From the NCBI GenBank assembly GCA_016748015.1, contig JAAOMT010000512.1, positions 1,746,893-1,810,892 of the forward strand: 64,000 nt of DNA, written 5' to 3'. Numbering within the stretch: position 1 is the first letter of the stretch; the number at the start of each line of letters is the position of its first letter. Position numbers and translations under genes: made by a program. The notes beneath the pieces were generated by a model that ran no database searches, had not been told where the DNA came from, and worked only from the letters and a program-made list of their open reading frames with translations. This DNA comes from Geosiphon pyriformis uo1 (lineage: Eukaryota; Fungi; Glomeromycota). Shown in pieces: positions 51,461 to 64,000 of this stretch.

Positions 51461-52363
51461 ACATCTTAGAAGGTGTCAAAGAACATTTTTTTGGCGGTTA
51501 TAAACAAATAGATGGGAAGACTGTTGAGCATTTGAATGGAATGGATGAATTTGGTAGTGTTGAAACATTTTTTTGTACAATTTTCAAAGAGAACTTTATA
51601 TTTTTATCCCCCAATACAATATATATATATATATATATGTAAACAAGCACACTTGCTCAACACTTTTGCCACGCTCACTCATATTTGTATCGAAATTTAC
51701 TTTTTCTTTTGCATTTAGATTATATAATATTCCACTTTAATATTTGCCCAAAAACTCCTTTTCGCTTTAAATTTCTCGGTATTTTCTGAAAAATTAATCT
51801 TTTATTTTTGAGAACCTTTTTTTTTTTACTGTATATTATTCTCATAAACATATATAAACCACCTTTTAGAGACAGAACGAGCGCTTTGTCTCGTTTCAAC
51901 TTGGTAAAAGTATAATTACTTTGATTATTTTTATTCTTATTCTTATTTTTACTGTCCCTTACTTTTTGCTTATCGACGCGACGCGAACAAACTTCATCTA
52001 TTTATATATCACTTTCTTTATATTTTGATATTTATTTTTTCATTTTTAATGGTGATGGTGACGGTCATGATGATGAACCGAAATGAAGAAACCAAATAAA
52101 TTGAATTATCCATGGCTTTTGACACGTGAATGATTATACATATCATGATTAAAAATTACGATTTTTTTAATATAATTTTTGATTAATCAATCATTTTTAA
52201 TGTCAAAACTTTCTTGACATGTTCTATCAAAGATTTTCCAAATACCATTTATATCAAATACCAGTATAAATCATTGACGCGTAACTTCATGAGAAAGATC
52301 TTATTGGCCACATTATCAACAATAGAATTTATGTTGCTATAATTTCCCTCATAAATTTCATGA

Positions 52364-52680
52364 TTATTTTAGGGGCTTTTTGGTTCCACCAGCTTCATGT
52401 TGCACAGCCTTCTTATTATCGACTATAACTTCGACTTGTGGATCCATGTTGTTGGCTTTAAGACCTTCATCTATTTCAGACAACTTCTCAGTAGCTTGAG
52501 CTCTGGTTTAATTTAGTTATTTAGAAGTTAAGAAACAATTTCAATTTGAGATTAATGATCCAACGTCGATTACCTTGCTTCTTCAGACACGTTCGGATTA
52601 TTAGCGATCGCCCTGAAAGTTTGTTTGGTCCGTTCGGCATGTGGATTAGTATGGAATGAAGCCGCAAAAAATTCAGACAT
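52364..52680 (-). CDS. Small Con-6-like (conidiation protein 6 motif) protein, 81 aa, 2 exons
   Basis: Exons 52574-52680 and 52364-52502 joined by a GTAATC..CAG intron: MSEFFAASFHTNPHAERTKQTFRAIANNPNVSEEARAQATEKL...KKPLK*. Confidence 0.7.
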
Positions 52681-53289
52681 TTTTTTTTTATCTGATTCCT
52701 ATTATTTTAGAATTTCGTTTTGCTGAAATTTAATACTTAAAAATTGGACTACTTTAGCTTATAATTACTATGTAATCATGATGTAATTATGATATATAAT
52801 GATAGTAATCATTTAAATATGATTAATTTCTCATGATTGGTATTTTATCCATCACTGAAGTCGAGCAAATATTGTATTTTAAATTACTATTAATATTCTT
52901 TTTGGCTAGCAAATTATCTTAATATGAAATATACGGTGTAAAAAATATTATGAAATCAATATAATAATTAATTTATAATATATATATATATATATTTAGA
53001 TTAAATATAAACCAAAAAAAAACACAAAACAAAAAGATTGAAAAAACAATGTAAAAAAAACAAAAATATAAATTTTTTTCACATAAATACAAAATATCAA
53101 ATATTGCAATACAAAATAATTTTATTTTTTATATTTATATTTATATTTAATTATTTTATTAAAAAAATTTATACATATATAAGTTGAAAAAAAGTAACAA
53201 CCAAGTTAATAACTATTTTTTAAAATAATATTAATTTAATATATATAATATAATTAATTATTAACAAATTTAATTAATAATATTAATAT

Positions 53290-55650
53290 AATTTATTTAT
53301 TTAATATGTAAATCCAATTATAAACTTAATATGATAACAAATTAAATATTTTAAATTAAATATAATTTACATATTTTCTATATATAATTAGATACAAATC
53401 TAATTTAGACTAAATTATATTAATTTTAAAGAGAAAAATCTACTTAAAAAAGACATTTTATGTATAATTACAAGCAAAAAATTACTATTTATAACCAAAT
53501 TACTTAATTACTTAATAGTTTTCTCTAAATTATACTTAATCTTAGAAAATTGATATTTTTAAAGATTTATTAATTAAAAATAAATAGTATTTTTTAATAT
53601 ATTATTAATATTATCTATAAAATTAATTTTAAACCCATATTTAATTTTAATTTTAATTAATTTAGTATTGATTTTACTTAAAATTTTACCAAAAGTAGAT
53701 ATCTTATTTTAAACAGTTGTAATTATACTTTTAAGTTTTATATATACAATAAAAAAATATTTAAAAAAGTAATAACCAACATAATAAATAAACTAATTAA
53801 TTTAATAATAAATTTAATTAAAAAAATCAAATCTAAGATCTAAATTTTAAAGAATTTAACTTAGATTTAATTATCAAAAATAATTAAAAAAACAGTAATA
53901 TAAGAGGTTAAATAGATTAAAGTTTTATTATAGAACTTTTTATTAATAAAAAATAATACAAAAGACTTAAAGTCAATAGCAAACTTGATAAAACTTAAAA
54001 ATAATAATAATAATATTTTATAATCTATAAACAAATAATTTAAACTTTAATACTTGTATTAATAATAATATTTAAAAGTTTTTTACCAAAATATAATATT
54101 TATACAAAGTATTAGTTTTCATAATAATAAGATTCAAAAATTTACAAAAGTTAAATATTATAATAAAATATTAACAATAATAAAAATCAAAGAAAAAAAA
54201 AATAAAACAAATATGACTACTAACTTAAAAATCAAATTATTAATTTTAAAAACAATATAATTAAAAAAAAAGTTGATTAATCTGACTTTAAAAATATTTT
54301 TTAAATAATAATATCTTTTTAATTAAATAAAAAAAATCTTAATACTATTTTTATTAATTAATACAGACTAATTATTAAGAATAATAACAATAAAAAAAAA
54401 GTTTTTAAAATAAATAATAACATATTATTACAAACCAATAGACTTTAACTTAATTAAAATAATAATATCAAAAATATCAAAAATATATTTAATATTATCA
54501 GAAGATATATTAAGAAAAATATTACAAAATATTACAAAATATAACAAAAATAAAAAAAATAAAATAAAAGTTATTATAAAAAATTTTGCAATTTTAAATA
54601 TAGTTAAAAAAAATTTTATTAATAACTTTGATAACAATAATTAAAAAACTTAAAAACAAAAGTTATATAAAATAACATAATATTATTTTTTAAAACAGAT
54701 TTAAGTCCAATAAAACCAAATAACAAATAAAACAAAAAATTAATTAAAATCAATTTAATCTTAAAAGTAATATCAGATATTAAAATAAAAACTACTTATT
54801 TAAAAAACTTTTAATAATTAAAAATTGTTTTTTAAGTATTATTAAAAACAATATCAGAAAACAAAAAAAAGAATATCAATTTAGTTTTTATTTAATTAAT
54901 CTAATTTTTAAGATCAAATAACTTAATAAATTGTTTTGTTTCAAAAATTGATAATAATTTGTTAAAAAACACTATTATTTTAAAAAATATATTAGTATTA
55001 TTATTGTTTATATTAAAAAAAAAGCTAATTACAGTTAAAAAATTTTTATTTAAGATTTTATTTAAAACCACAAAGAAATTTAGTATAACAATAACAAATA
55101 TAAATAATTATTGTTATTTTTTAAAATTTTTGGTTTTTTTAGCTATTTACAAAATAGTAATAGTAGTAATATTAATAATAAAAACAAAAAAGATTAATTT
55201 ATTAATTAACTTATTATTAAAAACCTTATGATTTTTAAAAAAGATAAAAACAAAACTAAAATTAATTTTAATATGTTTCTTAAAAAAAAAAAAATATTAT
55301 CAAAATATTTTGCTTAGTTGTTTTAATAATAAAGAATTTTTTTGATTATTAAAAAATTTTGTTTTTTAAATAATATTTTATTTTATTAAAAATAATTTAA
55401 ATTCTATTACTTATGTATTATTACTAAAATTTTGGTTTAATTTTATTATTGTAATATATTTTTAATAAAAAATTTTTTAAATACATTAATTTAAATTTTT
55501 AAAAAATTATTAATTACTTCAAATCTTAATTCAAATATTAATTTTTAATAAATTTTAAGAGTTTTTTTTAAAATAAATTAATATATTTATATTTAATAAT
55601 TAAAAAAACAAAAAAAAACAAAAAAAATTTGGTTTTGAAAATTATACTTT
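53290..55650 (-). mobile_element. AT-eroded, uninterrupted copy of the ORF1-only element
   Basis: Reverse complement matches the 3' end (53290-53460 vs 1-185 and 13235-13417), the 11882-11920 segment (~54758-54800) and the 1260-1320 segment (~55030-55095) at colinear spacing; 5' end approximate. Confidence 0.65.
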
Positions 55651-56021
55651 TTACAAATATAAAAACTATTATTTTGTTGTTAAAAAAAGAAAAAAATCTT
55701 TTTTTATACAAATTTTTATTGTATTATTTTATGTTTTTAACCTATTTTTTTACTAAAATATTTTTTAATTTATTAAAAATAAATATAAGATTTAATAAAT
55801 TATTTATTATTTAAAATTATTATTATTATAAAAATTTACAATTTATATATTTTATTATAGTATTTTATTACATTTATAAATTTATATTAATAATTTTGTA
55901 CTAATTTAATATGTAAATTAAAAATTATATTAACAATAATTTAAATAATAAATAATTTAAAATTATTAAAATAGAAATTAATAAATAATAAAATAATTAA
56001 TAATATTAAGAATTAAAGTAA

Positions 56022-58037
56022 ATTTTTTTTTTTTTCATTTAATGAGTGAAATCCAAACACTGTTTAGTGCAATACATTATACAAAATGATCTAAACTAGG
56101 TGTGAATTATGCTCTTTCTACACGTGACCAGCCACTTGAACCAATCAGGACAATACTATACACCTATATGAACTGAAACTTCATTACCTATGTCTGAAAA
56201 AAACAAACAAGACTTACAAAAACCAAAACCAACACCAATTGCCTCAGCAACACCCAGCAATCTAATCATGCCTGTTGACAACACTAAAGAAAGCCCAGAA
56301 ATCGAGATAGGAACAGATCTATTGCATAGAATAAACTCATTTTTTTCCATAAAGACATGGTGTTTGGCACGAACCAACCAAATATCTTCCCAAAAAGCAT
56401 GACTAAACTTACGCACAAAGGCCACAATGGTCTGACTTGCTACTCTGGAATTCTTGAAAACAGAAACAGACTCACAAAACCAATTTTTGAAAACAAAACC
56501 CTTACACAGAGCAGTGCTGACCAAAATATTAGATGAACAAGTAAACAACAGCTGTGAGACAACTGAGAAAGAATGACCCAGACCAGATTGCACTCCCCAA
56601 GCTGAAACATGAGAGTCCAACAAATGAGCATGAATATTGGCATCAAATGAACAAGAAAAAGCATAGTTCAAGACTTTAACATCACCACAAAACAAACACA
56701 CTACACTAGAATAACTCTTATCATAAAGTCATTTTCATACAGCAACAGGGAGCTGAAGGTGCAATGCCTTCATAAAATATGTTCAGAAACTAGCAGTCTG
56801 CTTGCTAGTAAAGCCAGCAGCCATATGAGAGTTTGGATGCTATACCAGTAATGATCTGAATCAATTAACATCCACACACAGACTATTCACTACCACCTGC
56901 AAACCAGAACTGATTTTTTAATGTGCACAATGGACTGACCAAAAAACATCCCAAACAAAATGCCTAGAATTACCAGAAATGGCAGCACCACCAACCCTAA
57001 GATAGTATTCATTAATAAAATAAGGCAGATTCCATCTAGAGAGAGCTACAGCTCTGGCCAACTCATTTGCACACTCATTGCCTAAAACACCTGAATAACC
57101 TTTGACCTTATACCAATTAATATTCAAATTCTTATGACAAATGACATTCACAATATGGTGACATTCAATCCAACACTGATTTCTAAAATCTGGGCAAACC
57201 AAATCCAATTCCAACTTGCAAGCATCCAAAGCTGCTTGACTGTTCAAGAACAAGTCGATTAAGCAAGAAGGAAGGACACACTCAAAAGCTAAAGCAATGG
57301 TCTACAACTCTGTTAAGGTAGAAGACATCAAATCAGAAACTCCCACACCCAAACTTATACCAATATCCTCAAAAAAAACAGCAGCCCCAGCTTTTATATC
57401 AACAGATCCCAAGCCACTCAAAGATCTATCTATATAGACAGAAAGGCAACTAATATTAGAACACAACAAATTTGCACTAATAGTACTAAACTCATAAGAA
57501 TGAAGAATATTTGAAGAGCCACCATCATCCAAAGGTGAGAAATAGAAAGAGAGAATGCACCACTAAGAAACTGAACAGAAAGCTCAAACCAGGCAAGAAC
57601 TGGACCACACGGATCCAACCACTTCCACCGCTTAAAGATTTTTCAATCAAAAATAGTCACACTTTGGTCAAACAGCTGGTTCATAAAGGCAATCTCATAA
57701 TGCCAAAGCAGAGAGACACACTTAAAATAGGTTGATTCACCAAGAACACAAGACATAGGAGTTCCACCTCAATGATAAAAAGCATTGGTTAGAGAGCCAC
57801 TCAAGAACAAATCACTTTCAGAGAAAATGTGCACCATACCAGCCAGAAAATTATTTAGAGGGTTGACCTTGACATGAACTGGATACTGCAAAGGGTGAAG
57901 TGAATGCCAGCAGAGGACCTGAAGATCATGTAACCGGTGAGAGAATAGATGACCCAAAATACCAATAGAATTCACAAAAAAAATGACTGAAGCTAACTTA
58001 TCCTCAGCCTGAATCTGTTTAAAAGTTTTCAAACTGT
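56022..58037 (-). mobile_element. 3' part of a second LINE copy (ORF2 RNase H and C-terminus, 3' UTR, poly(A)), interrupted by Gypsy 3
   Basis: Homologous to 13518-15520; SVYIDRSL..AGAAVFFED..SSTLTEL, WYKVKGYSGVLGNECANELA, CLFCG; T run 56022-56035. Confidence 0.9.
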
Positions 58038-59050
58038 TGTTACCAGTAGAATTTTAGTTATTAATTAGCATAAAATTACCCTTATAATTTCTATAATTAA
58101 TTAGTATATTAATATCATTTCAAATTATCATTTATTATTTAATCAATTATTACATATCATGATTAAATTAAAATAATTTAATTAGTATAACAAAAAGTAG
58201 GATGATCAAATTACACAATACTTTGAACTTTGTAACATTCTAAAATTCACTGAAATTTACAGAAATTTGCTGAAATTTATAAGAAATTCGCCGAAATTTA
58301 TAGAAATTCGTCGAAATTATGAATAGTTCACCCAAATTAATCAATAGTTTAGCAAAATAACTTGTAGTTCATCAAAATGTATTTTTAGTTTGCTGAAATT
58401 TGAACAAAGAGAAAAAGTGCAAGTTCATAGACTAAGTACTACAACAAGTTGTATAAAAGAAGAGCTTTTCTCTTCAAGAAAATGTATCTTACTTTAGATT
58501 TATTACTTAGAACCATTCCTACACACACAAAAAGAAATAAATATCAAATAATTTGAAAAACCAAATTCTTTAATTATTGCACTTAGAAAATCCTCAAAAC
58601 TCAACTAATGTTTTGAAATTGATTAGCTACCAATTTCAGTAAACTGTTAGTGACTTCAGACCTGGATAGAAAACGTTTCCCTTAATAAAATCCTATTTCT
58701 TTTACATTTCTTTTATTTTTCTTTTTTTTTCTTATTACAATCATTAGAGTAGTCTACAGACAAGATTCCTGTAGAAAAGTTGACTTTTACAGCAAAGTAA
58801 CTACACATTTTTAGTGAGCTTCCAGACAAGCAATTCCTGGGAAAGAGTTGATGTTTACTACAACATAACTACATAAAGTAACTGGCAAGGAATTGGTCAT
58901 TCCATTTATAAGCCCAGCAGTTCAAATTATAGAAGATAATTTGAAGATAAATTCAGTTATTGGAGGTTCAACTACTTCTAGAAAACGTGAATTTGCAACC
59001 AACAGACAGTTACAACATTCAAGAAAAAAGACCAAAAACCTCTGGTAACA
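58038..59050 (+). repeat. 5' LTR of Gypsy 3 (1013 bp)
   Basis: Terminal inverted repeat TGTTACCAG...CTGGTAACA; TATAAAAG at ~58452; followed by PBS; partner LTR outside the window. Confidence 0.85.
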
Positions 59051-59051
59051 T

Positions 59052-62000
59052 TTGGTGCTCTCCCACAGAAATAACACAGCAACAACAAACTTCAAAATAG
59101 CGACCACACTAGACACAACAACTCTAGAGTATTATCAGTCAATTTACACCCATTGCAAACAGAGATTCAACATCCCAAACGGAATTGAAATTGTTGAAAG
59201 AACACTCTATCAATACATTGAAAACCATATCAATAATTATCTTCTTGGAAATTACAACATTTCAGAAGTGAGAAGCAATCTCTACAATAATTTAGTACAC
59301 TATTTACAATTGGAAACTGAAGACCTTAACAGTAAAACACTTGCCACTTACTTTCAAGAACTCAATTACAACATTATCAAGTATTGTGAAGAAAAATACC
59401 CAGTACAGTCTAAATACTCTTTTGACTTTGAATTAGAAACAAAAACAGGCAACAAAAACAAACAAAAAGTAAAACAACACTCAAAAACTACTCCAAACAC
59501 TCCAATACTACCAAAAACAACTGCCAAACACTTGCAAACACCTAAACAAGGAACCATTGTCAAATTACTACTTTCTATCACACCATTTCCAATTTCACTT
59601 GCTCGACTACAAACACCAAATTCACCACTTAACCATTTCTCCAGACCAGAAAATTTTCAGTCACCTAGAAATCCTACTCAACAGCAAGAACCTATATCAA
59701 CAAGCACCAATATTATTGAATACTTGCAGAAAAATGAAAGTGATCATTCAGAAAATTTGAAAAGTGAAAAAACTGAATCAGAACAAGGAGAAGTCACAGA
59801 AAACAAAGAGGAAATGACAACTGCTTATATTGCAAAGATTTCAGAATTCATGGGTGAACATAATGATACCAGTCCTCAAGAATGGCTTGACAAGATTTAA
59901 AAAGCAGGAGACGCAAATGGTTGGATTGCAGCAAGAATGCTTAAAGCAATTCCCTACTTTCTCCAAAAAACAGCAAGAAAATGGTTTGAAAATTTAGAAA
60001 AATCATTTGAAAACTGGCAAACATTCAAAGATGCTTTTCTACAACAATTCACTGACAACAATACCTCTATCACTCTCAGAAACTGCTTTTACAATATCAA
60101 ACAAGAAACATTTGAAACTGTTATGACCTATTTTGAAAGATTTAACAAACTTTTCAGATAAATCTGACAATTAAAAACCAATGACTACTATTCTGATGCT
60201 CAAATTCTGGATCAGTTTATAGCAGGGTTAAAAAACAAACTAATTAAAAAAGTTCATCCACATGCTCCAACAGACTTAGCAACTGCTATTAGACATGCAA
60301 AGAATTATGAAATGGCTATGGAAGAAGCAAACCTCACCAAACTTGTTAACTTGGCTATTGGAGAAACCAGCTCAACAGCTAAAGAAAAGATAGACCAACT
60401 TACAAAGAAAGTTGAAAGCTATTTTACAAACCAACAACAACAGTAGCAACAACCCCAAAAATATCAACCACCACAGCAACACAACCAAAACAACTTTGGA
60501 CTACTATCCAACAACCAATCTCAAAATTGTCACTATTGTGGAATTCCAAGACACTGGAAACAAGATTGCAGGAAACTACAAAGAGACCAACAAAACAGAA
60601 GTAATTAATGTTATTCTTTACCACAACAATTTTATTACCAATCTCTACCACCAATTTATTATTCACCAAGACCACAAATTCAAAACAGCTATTATCAACC
60701 AGCTCTACAACCAATTCAACAACAATATTAGCAACTTTTACCAATTCAGCAATTTCAGACACCACTCACTCAACAATATCAAGTACTAGCAAGAAGATTG
60801 ATTCAACATAACCAATTCACACCCCAAAATCAATTGCAAAGTAACAACAACAGAATCAATCCAAATAACCAGTTGGTTCCCCGAAATTCTAGTCAGCAAA
60901 GACCCAATCACTATCACACTCAACCCAGTTATCTTACAATACCAGAGGAATCGGATTTTCAACAAACTGCACTTTCTGAAAGTGAAGTTGCAGCACCAAA
61001 ATCAAATCCTTCCAACCACACCATTCCATTAGCTCAAATTGTCCAAAATGCCAATCTGTTAGATATATTTCCATTTAAATTTGAAGCAAATAAATCACCA
61101 TTTCTGCTTAGTAATACAGCAGTCAATGAACAGAAAGCAATTACTGCTATGTACATAGAAGCTACAGTAAAAGAAAAACCCATTCACTTAATCTTAGATA
61201 GTGGATTGACTGGAAGTATTATCACTTACCAGCTGATGCAACAACTCAAACAAAACATAGACAGACCAGCTCAAACAGTTATTGTTATAGCTGATGGTAT
61301 GAAGAAGACTCCAGTAGGAGAAATTGATGATTTCCCTTTTACAATTGATGGAATCACCATTCTAGTTAAAGTTCTTGTTATGAATGCACCCCAATACCAA
61401 GCTCTAGTTGGAAATGATTGGCTTCTCAAGGCCAATGCAAACCTGAACTGGGAAACTCAAAAACTTAAAATCTCATACCAAGAACAATATACCATAGTAT
61501 CTGTAACCTGTAGTACCTTTAACAAACAATCAAAAAAAGCTCCAGTATTTGAATTTGAAGAAGAGAAAAAAATGCCACTCACTGAAACCTACATGGCTCT
61601 TGGATTACCATCCAATTGGGCTGAGGAAACAGAACAAGAAATTTTCAAAGAATCAAGAAAATGGAAGAAAGTTAGATATTTCACACCAGAACCACGAAAA
61701 AAACCACTATACATTCCACTAAAATACAAAGATTGCAAAAAGAAGCTTTTATCTATGGGAGCCTGTATTTTCCCAGAAGAAGAATATGAAACTTGCACTT
61801 GCTACTTCTGCAAAGCATGCCATAGAAAATGATTTGGATTCTCAAAGAGAAGTGGAAAATAAGACAAAACTCCTTGTCTTACTTGTGGAGAAAGACTACT
61901 AGAAGAATACAATTGGATTGATGTAGCAATGAGAGAAGAAGTATGTGATCAGACCTGTCAATATGTTCTATCAATTTCGAAAAAAGTCAGAAGAAGAACA

Positions 62001-64000
62001 CCATTTGATGCAGCATACAACAGTACTCTCAATAAACTTTACCACTACTCTCATGATACTAAAATAATTTTTGACCTAGCAATAGCATTGATCAATAGAG
62101 CCACCCAAAAAGATGTCTGCCAAATGAAAGAAGCTGAATACATTAAGTATACCATGGAATTAGCTGGATTTGATTATGAAGATAAAGTAGAAACCTACCA
62201 CCAAATTACAAGCCACATATATCCGACCAAAAAAGCTCAAATTTAATGATTAGAGCAAATAAACATTCAGTTGTGTGAAGAATGTGTTATGCCTTGTAAT
62301 GACCAATAGTGTTTAGAATGTTATGCTCTTAGCATTCCTCTGCCAGATGAGAATGATGAAAATAAAATCGAATTTGGAGTATCTGAACTAGTAAAAAAAC
62401 TACCAACCACCCCCATCTATCTTCTTGAAAAACAACTACCTCTACAACTCAAATATTTTGACAAACATGGCCAAGGAATCAGACCAGAAAAAGCACACGA
62501 AATTGATGCTAGATATGACCTAAGATACCCAGAAAAAGATACTTTAGTTCTTCAACCAAAGTCCTTGACAAAAATCAATTTCAAAATTGCTCTTGAAATT
62601 TCACCAGAAGCAATGGTTCAAATTGCCTCCAGATCATCATTGGCAAGCAAAGGAATCAATATTAGAGAAGGAGTTATAAATGCAGGATATACTGGAGACA
62701 TTACCATCATATTACAGAATGAGACAGACAAACCATTCAAAATTGAACATGCTGAAAAAATTGCTCAAGCAATTTACTTACCCTTAATCAACATTTCGGG
62801 TTTACAATCAGTAAACCACAGAAAACAATTGGAAAAAAGTGAAAGAGAAACTCAAGATTTTGGTTCAACTGGACGATTTACAGTTCCAGTAAACATAGCT
62901 TTTAATACACAAAATGAATCTCACCAGATTCTTCAACTTCTCTAGCCAATTACCATTTCACCTTTTGGAGAACATCATGAAATTTACATTTGCTCAAAAC
63001 CCACCACTACACAACAAATCTTTGAATCCAATAAACAAATCTGTTTGAAGCATGAAATCTTAATTCCAAATGTTTATATTTCCAAAGGAATGAAAAAATT
63101 TTGAGTTATATTCTACAACCCCAATAATTACTCTATTGTCTTATTAAACAAACTGGAGATTGGAATTATACACAGCAATATTTTCAAGATGAAAACTCTC
63201 AAATTGTTTCTAATTTCATCGAAATTGTAAGGCACACTCTATTCCCAAATCTAAATATTATTCTCACTACTGAATACTACCCTTTTTTGGAAGAAAAACT
63301 CTCTTGAATTAACATAAGTCCCTTAGAACTTCAACAACAAAGACAATTGAAACAATTGATAGCTGAATTTGCAGATATATTTGCAAAAACAACAATAACC
63401 TGGGAAAAACGGATATGGTTTAACATCAGATCCATACAGGAGATGCTCCACCAAAATGTCAGCAAGCTTACAGAGTGCCATTTGCCAGCCACCAATTCAT
63501 CAGAGAAGAAATTCAGAGAATGCTCAATAACGAATTGATTCAGCCATCAAAAAGTCCTTGGGCCTCACCAGTAGTCTTTGTCAAAAAGAAAAATGAAAAA
63601 ATCAGATTTTGTGTTGACTATTGTCAAGTAAACAGTGTGACAATTGGAGATGTCTACCCTTTTCCAAGAATTGATGACATGCTAGATGCTCTAGGAAAAG
63701 CCAAGTTCTTTTCAACTTTAGACTTGGAAAGTGAATACTAACAAGTCAAAATAGACCCAAAAGACCAACCCAAAACAGCATTTACCACCCAAGGAGGAAA
63801 CTATAAGTTCAATATTATGCCTTTTGGACTCTGTAATGCACCAGCAACATTTCAGCAACTCATGGATGTTGTATATGAAGGGCTCTTGTGGCAATCAGTA
63901 GTTGTCTATCTTCATGACATTGATGTATACTCACCAAGCTTTGAGACTTATCTTATTTACCTGCAAGAAGTTTTTCAATGATTACGGAAAGCAGGATTGA
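59052..64000 (+). pseudogene. Gag-protease-Cys-rich domain-dUTPase-RT polyprotein of Gypsy 3 (partial)
   Basis: ORFs 59052, 59937, 60798, 61929 and 62565 share one frame; CHYCGIPRHWKQDC, LILDSGLTGS, ASRSSLA..GVINAGYTG..QDFGSTG, SPWASPVV..RFCVDY, MPFGLCNAPATF. Confidence 0.92.
59053..59066 (+). promoter_or_regulatory. Primer-binding site of Gypsy 3
   Basis: TGGTGCTCTCCCAC, 2 nt after the LTR. Confidence 0.8.

Larger units (their letters stand above)
58038..64000 (+). mobile_element. Ty3/Gypsy LTR retrotransposon 3 (more divergent family), truncated by the window end
   Basis: LTR, PBS, Gag, protease, Cys-rich domain, dUTPase, start of RT. Confidence 0.93.

Overview
Very AT-rich eukaryotic DNA, most likely an early-diverging fungus (Glomeromycotina/Mucoromycota-like; inferred from intron signals, gene content and element types). 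About two thirds of the window is nested, decayed retroelements. (i) Three Ty3/Gypsy-type LTR retrotransposons with 4-bp target sites: two complete (1567-11881 and 19851-29979, minus strand) and one cut by the window end (58038-64000, plus strand). Their layout is unusual: one Gag-protease-Cys-rich domain-dUTPase-RT-RNaseH ORF, then, in both complete copies, a separately initiated integrase ORF and a third 219-aa ORF ending in the PPT. (ii) Two APE-RT-RNaseH LINE copies. (iii) A family of ORF1-only, poly(A)-tailed elements (three copies) sharing a ~50-nt 3' motif with the LINE. Each Gypsy sits inside a non-LTR element. Repeats show almost only C>T/G>A change, and the extreme AT deserts are partly recognisable fossils of the same elements, including a solo LTR. 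Host genes lie at 31.6-52.7 kb: V-ATPase subunit D, symplekin/Pta1, V-ATPase assembly factor Vma22/CCDC115, an intronless SANT/Myb protein and a small Con-6-like gene. All calls were made by eye, with no database searches.
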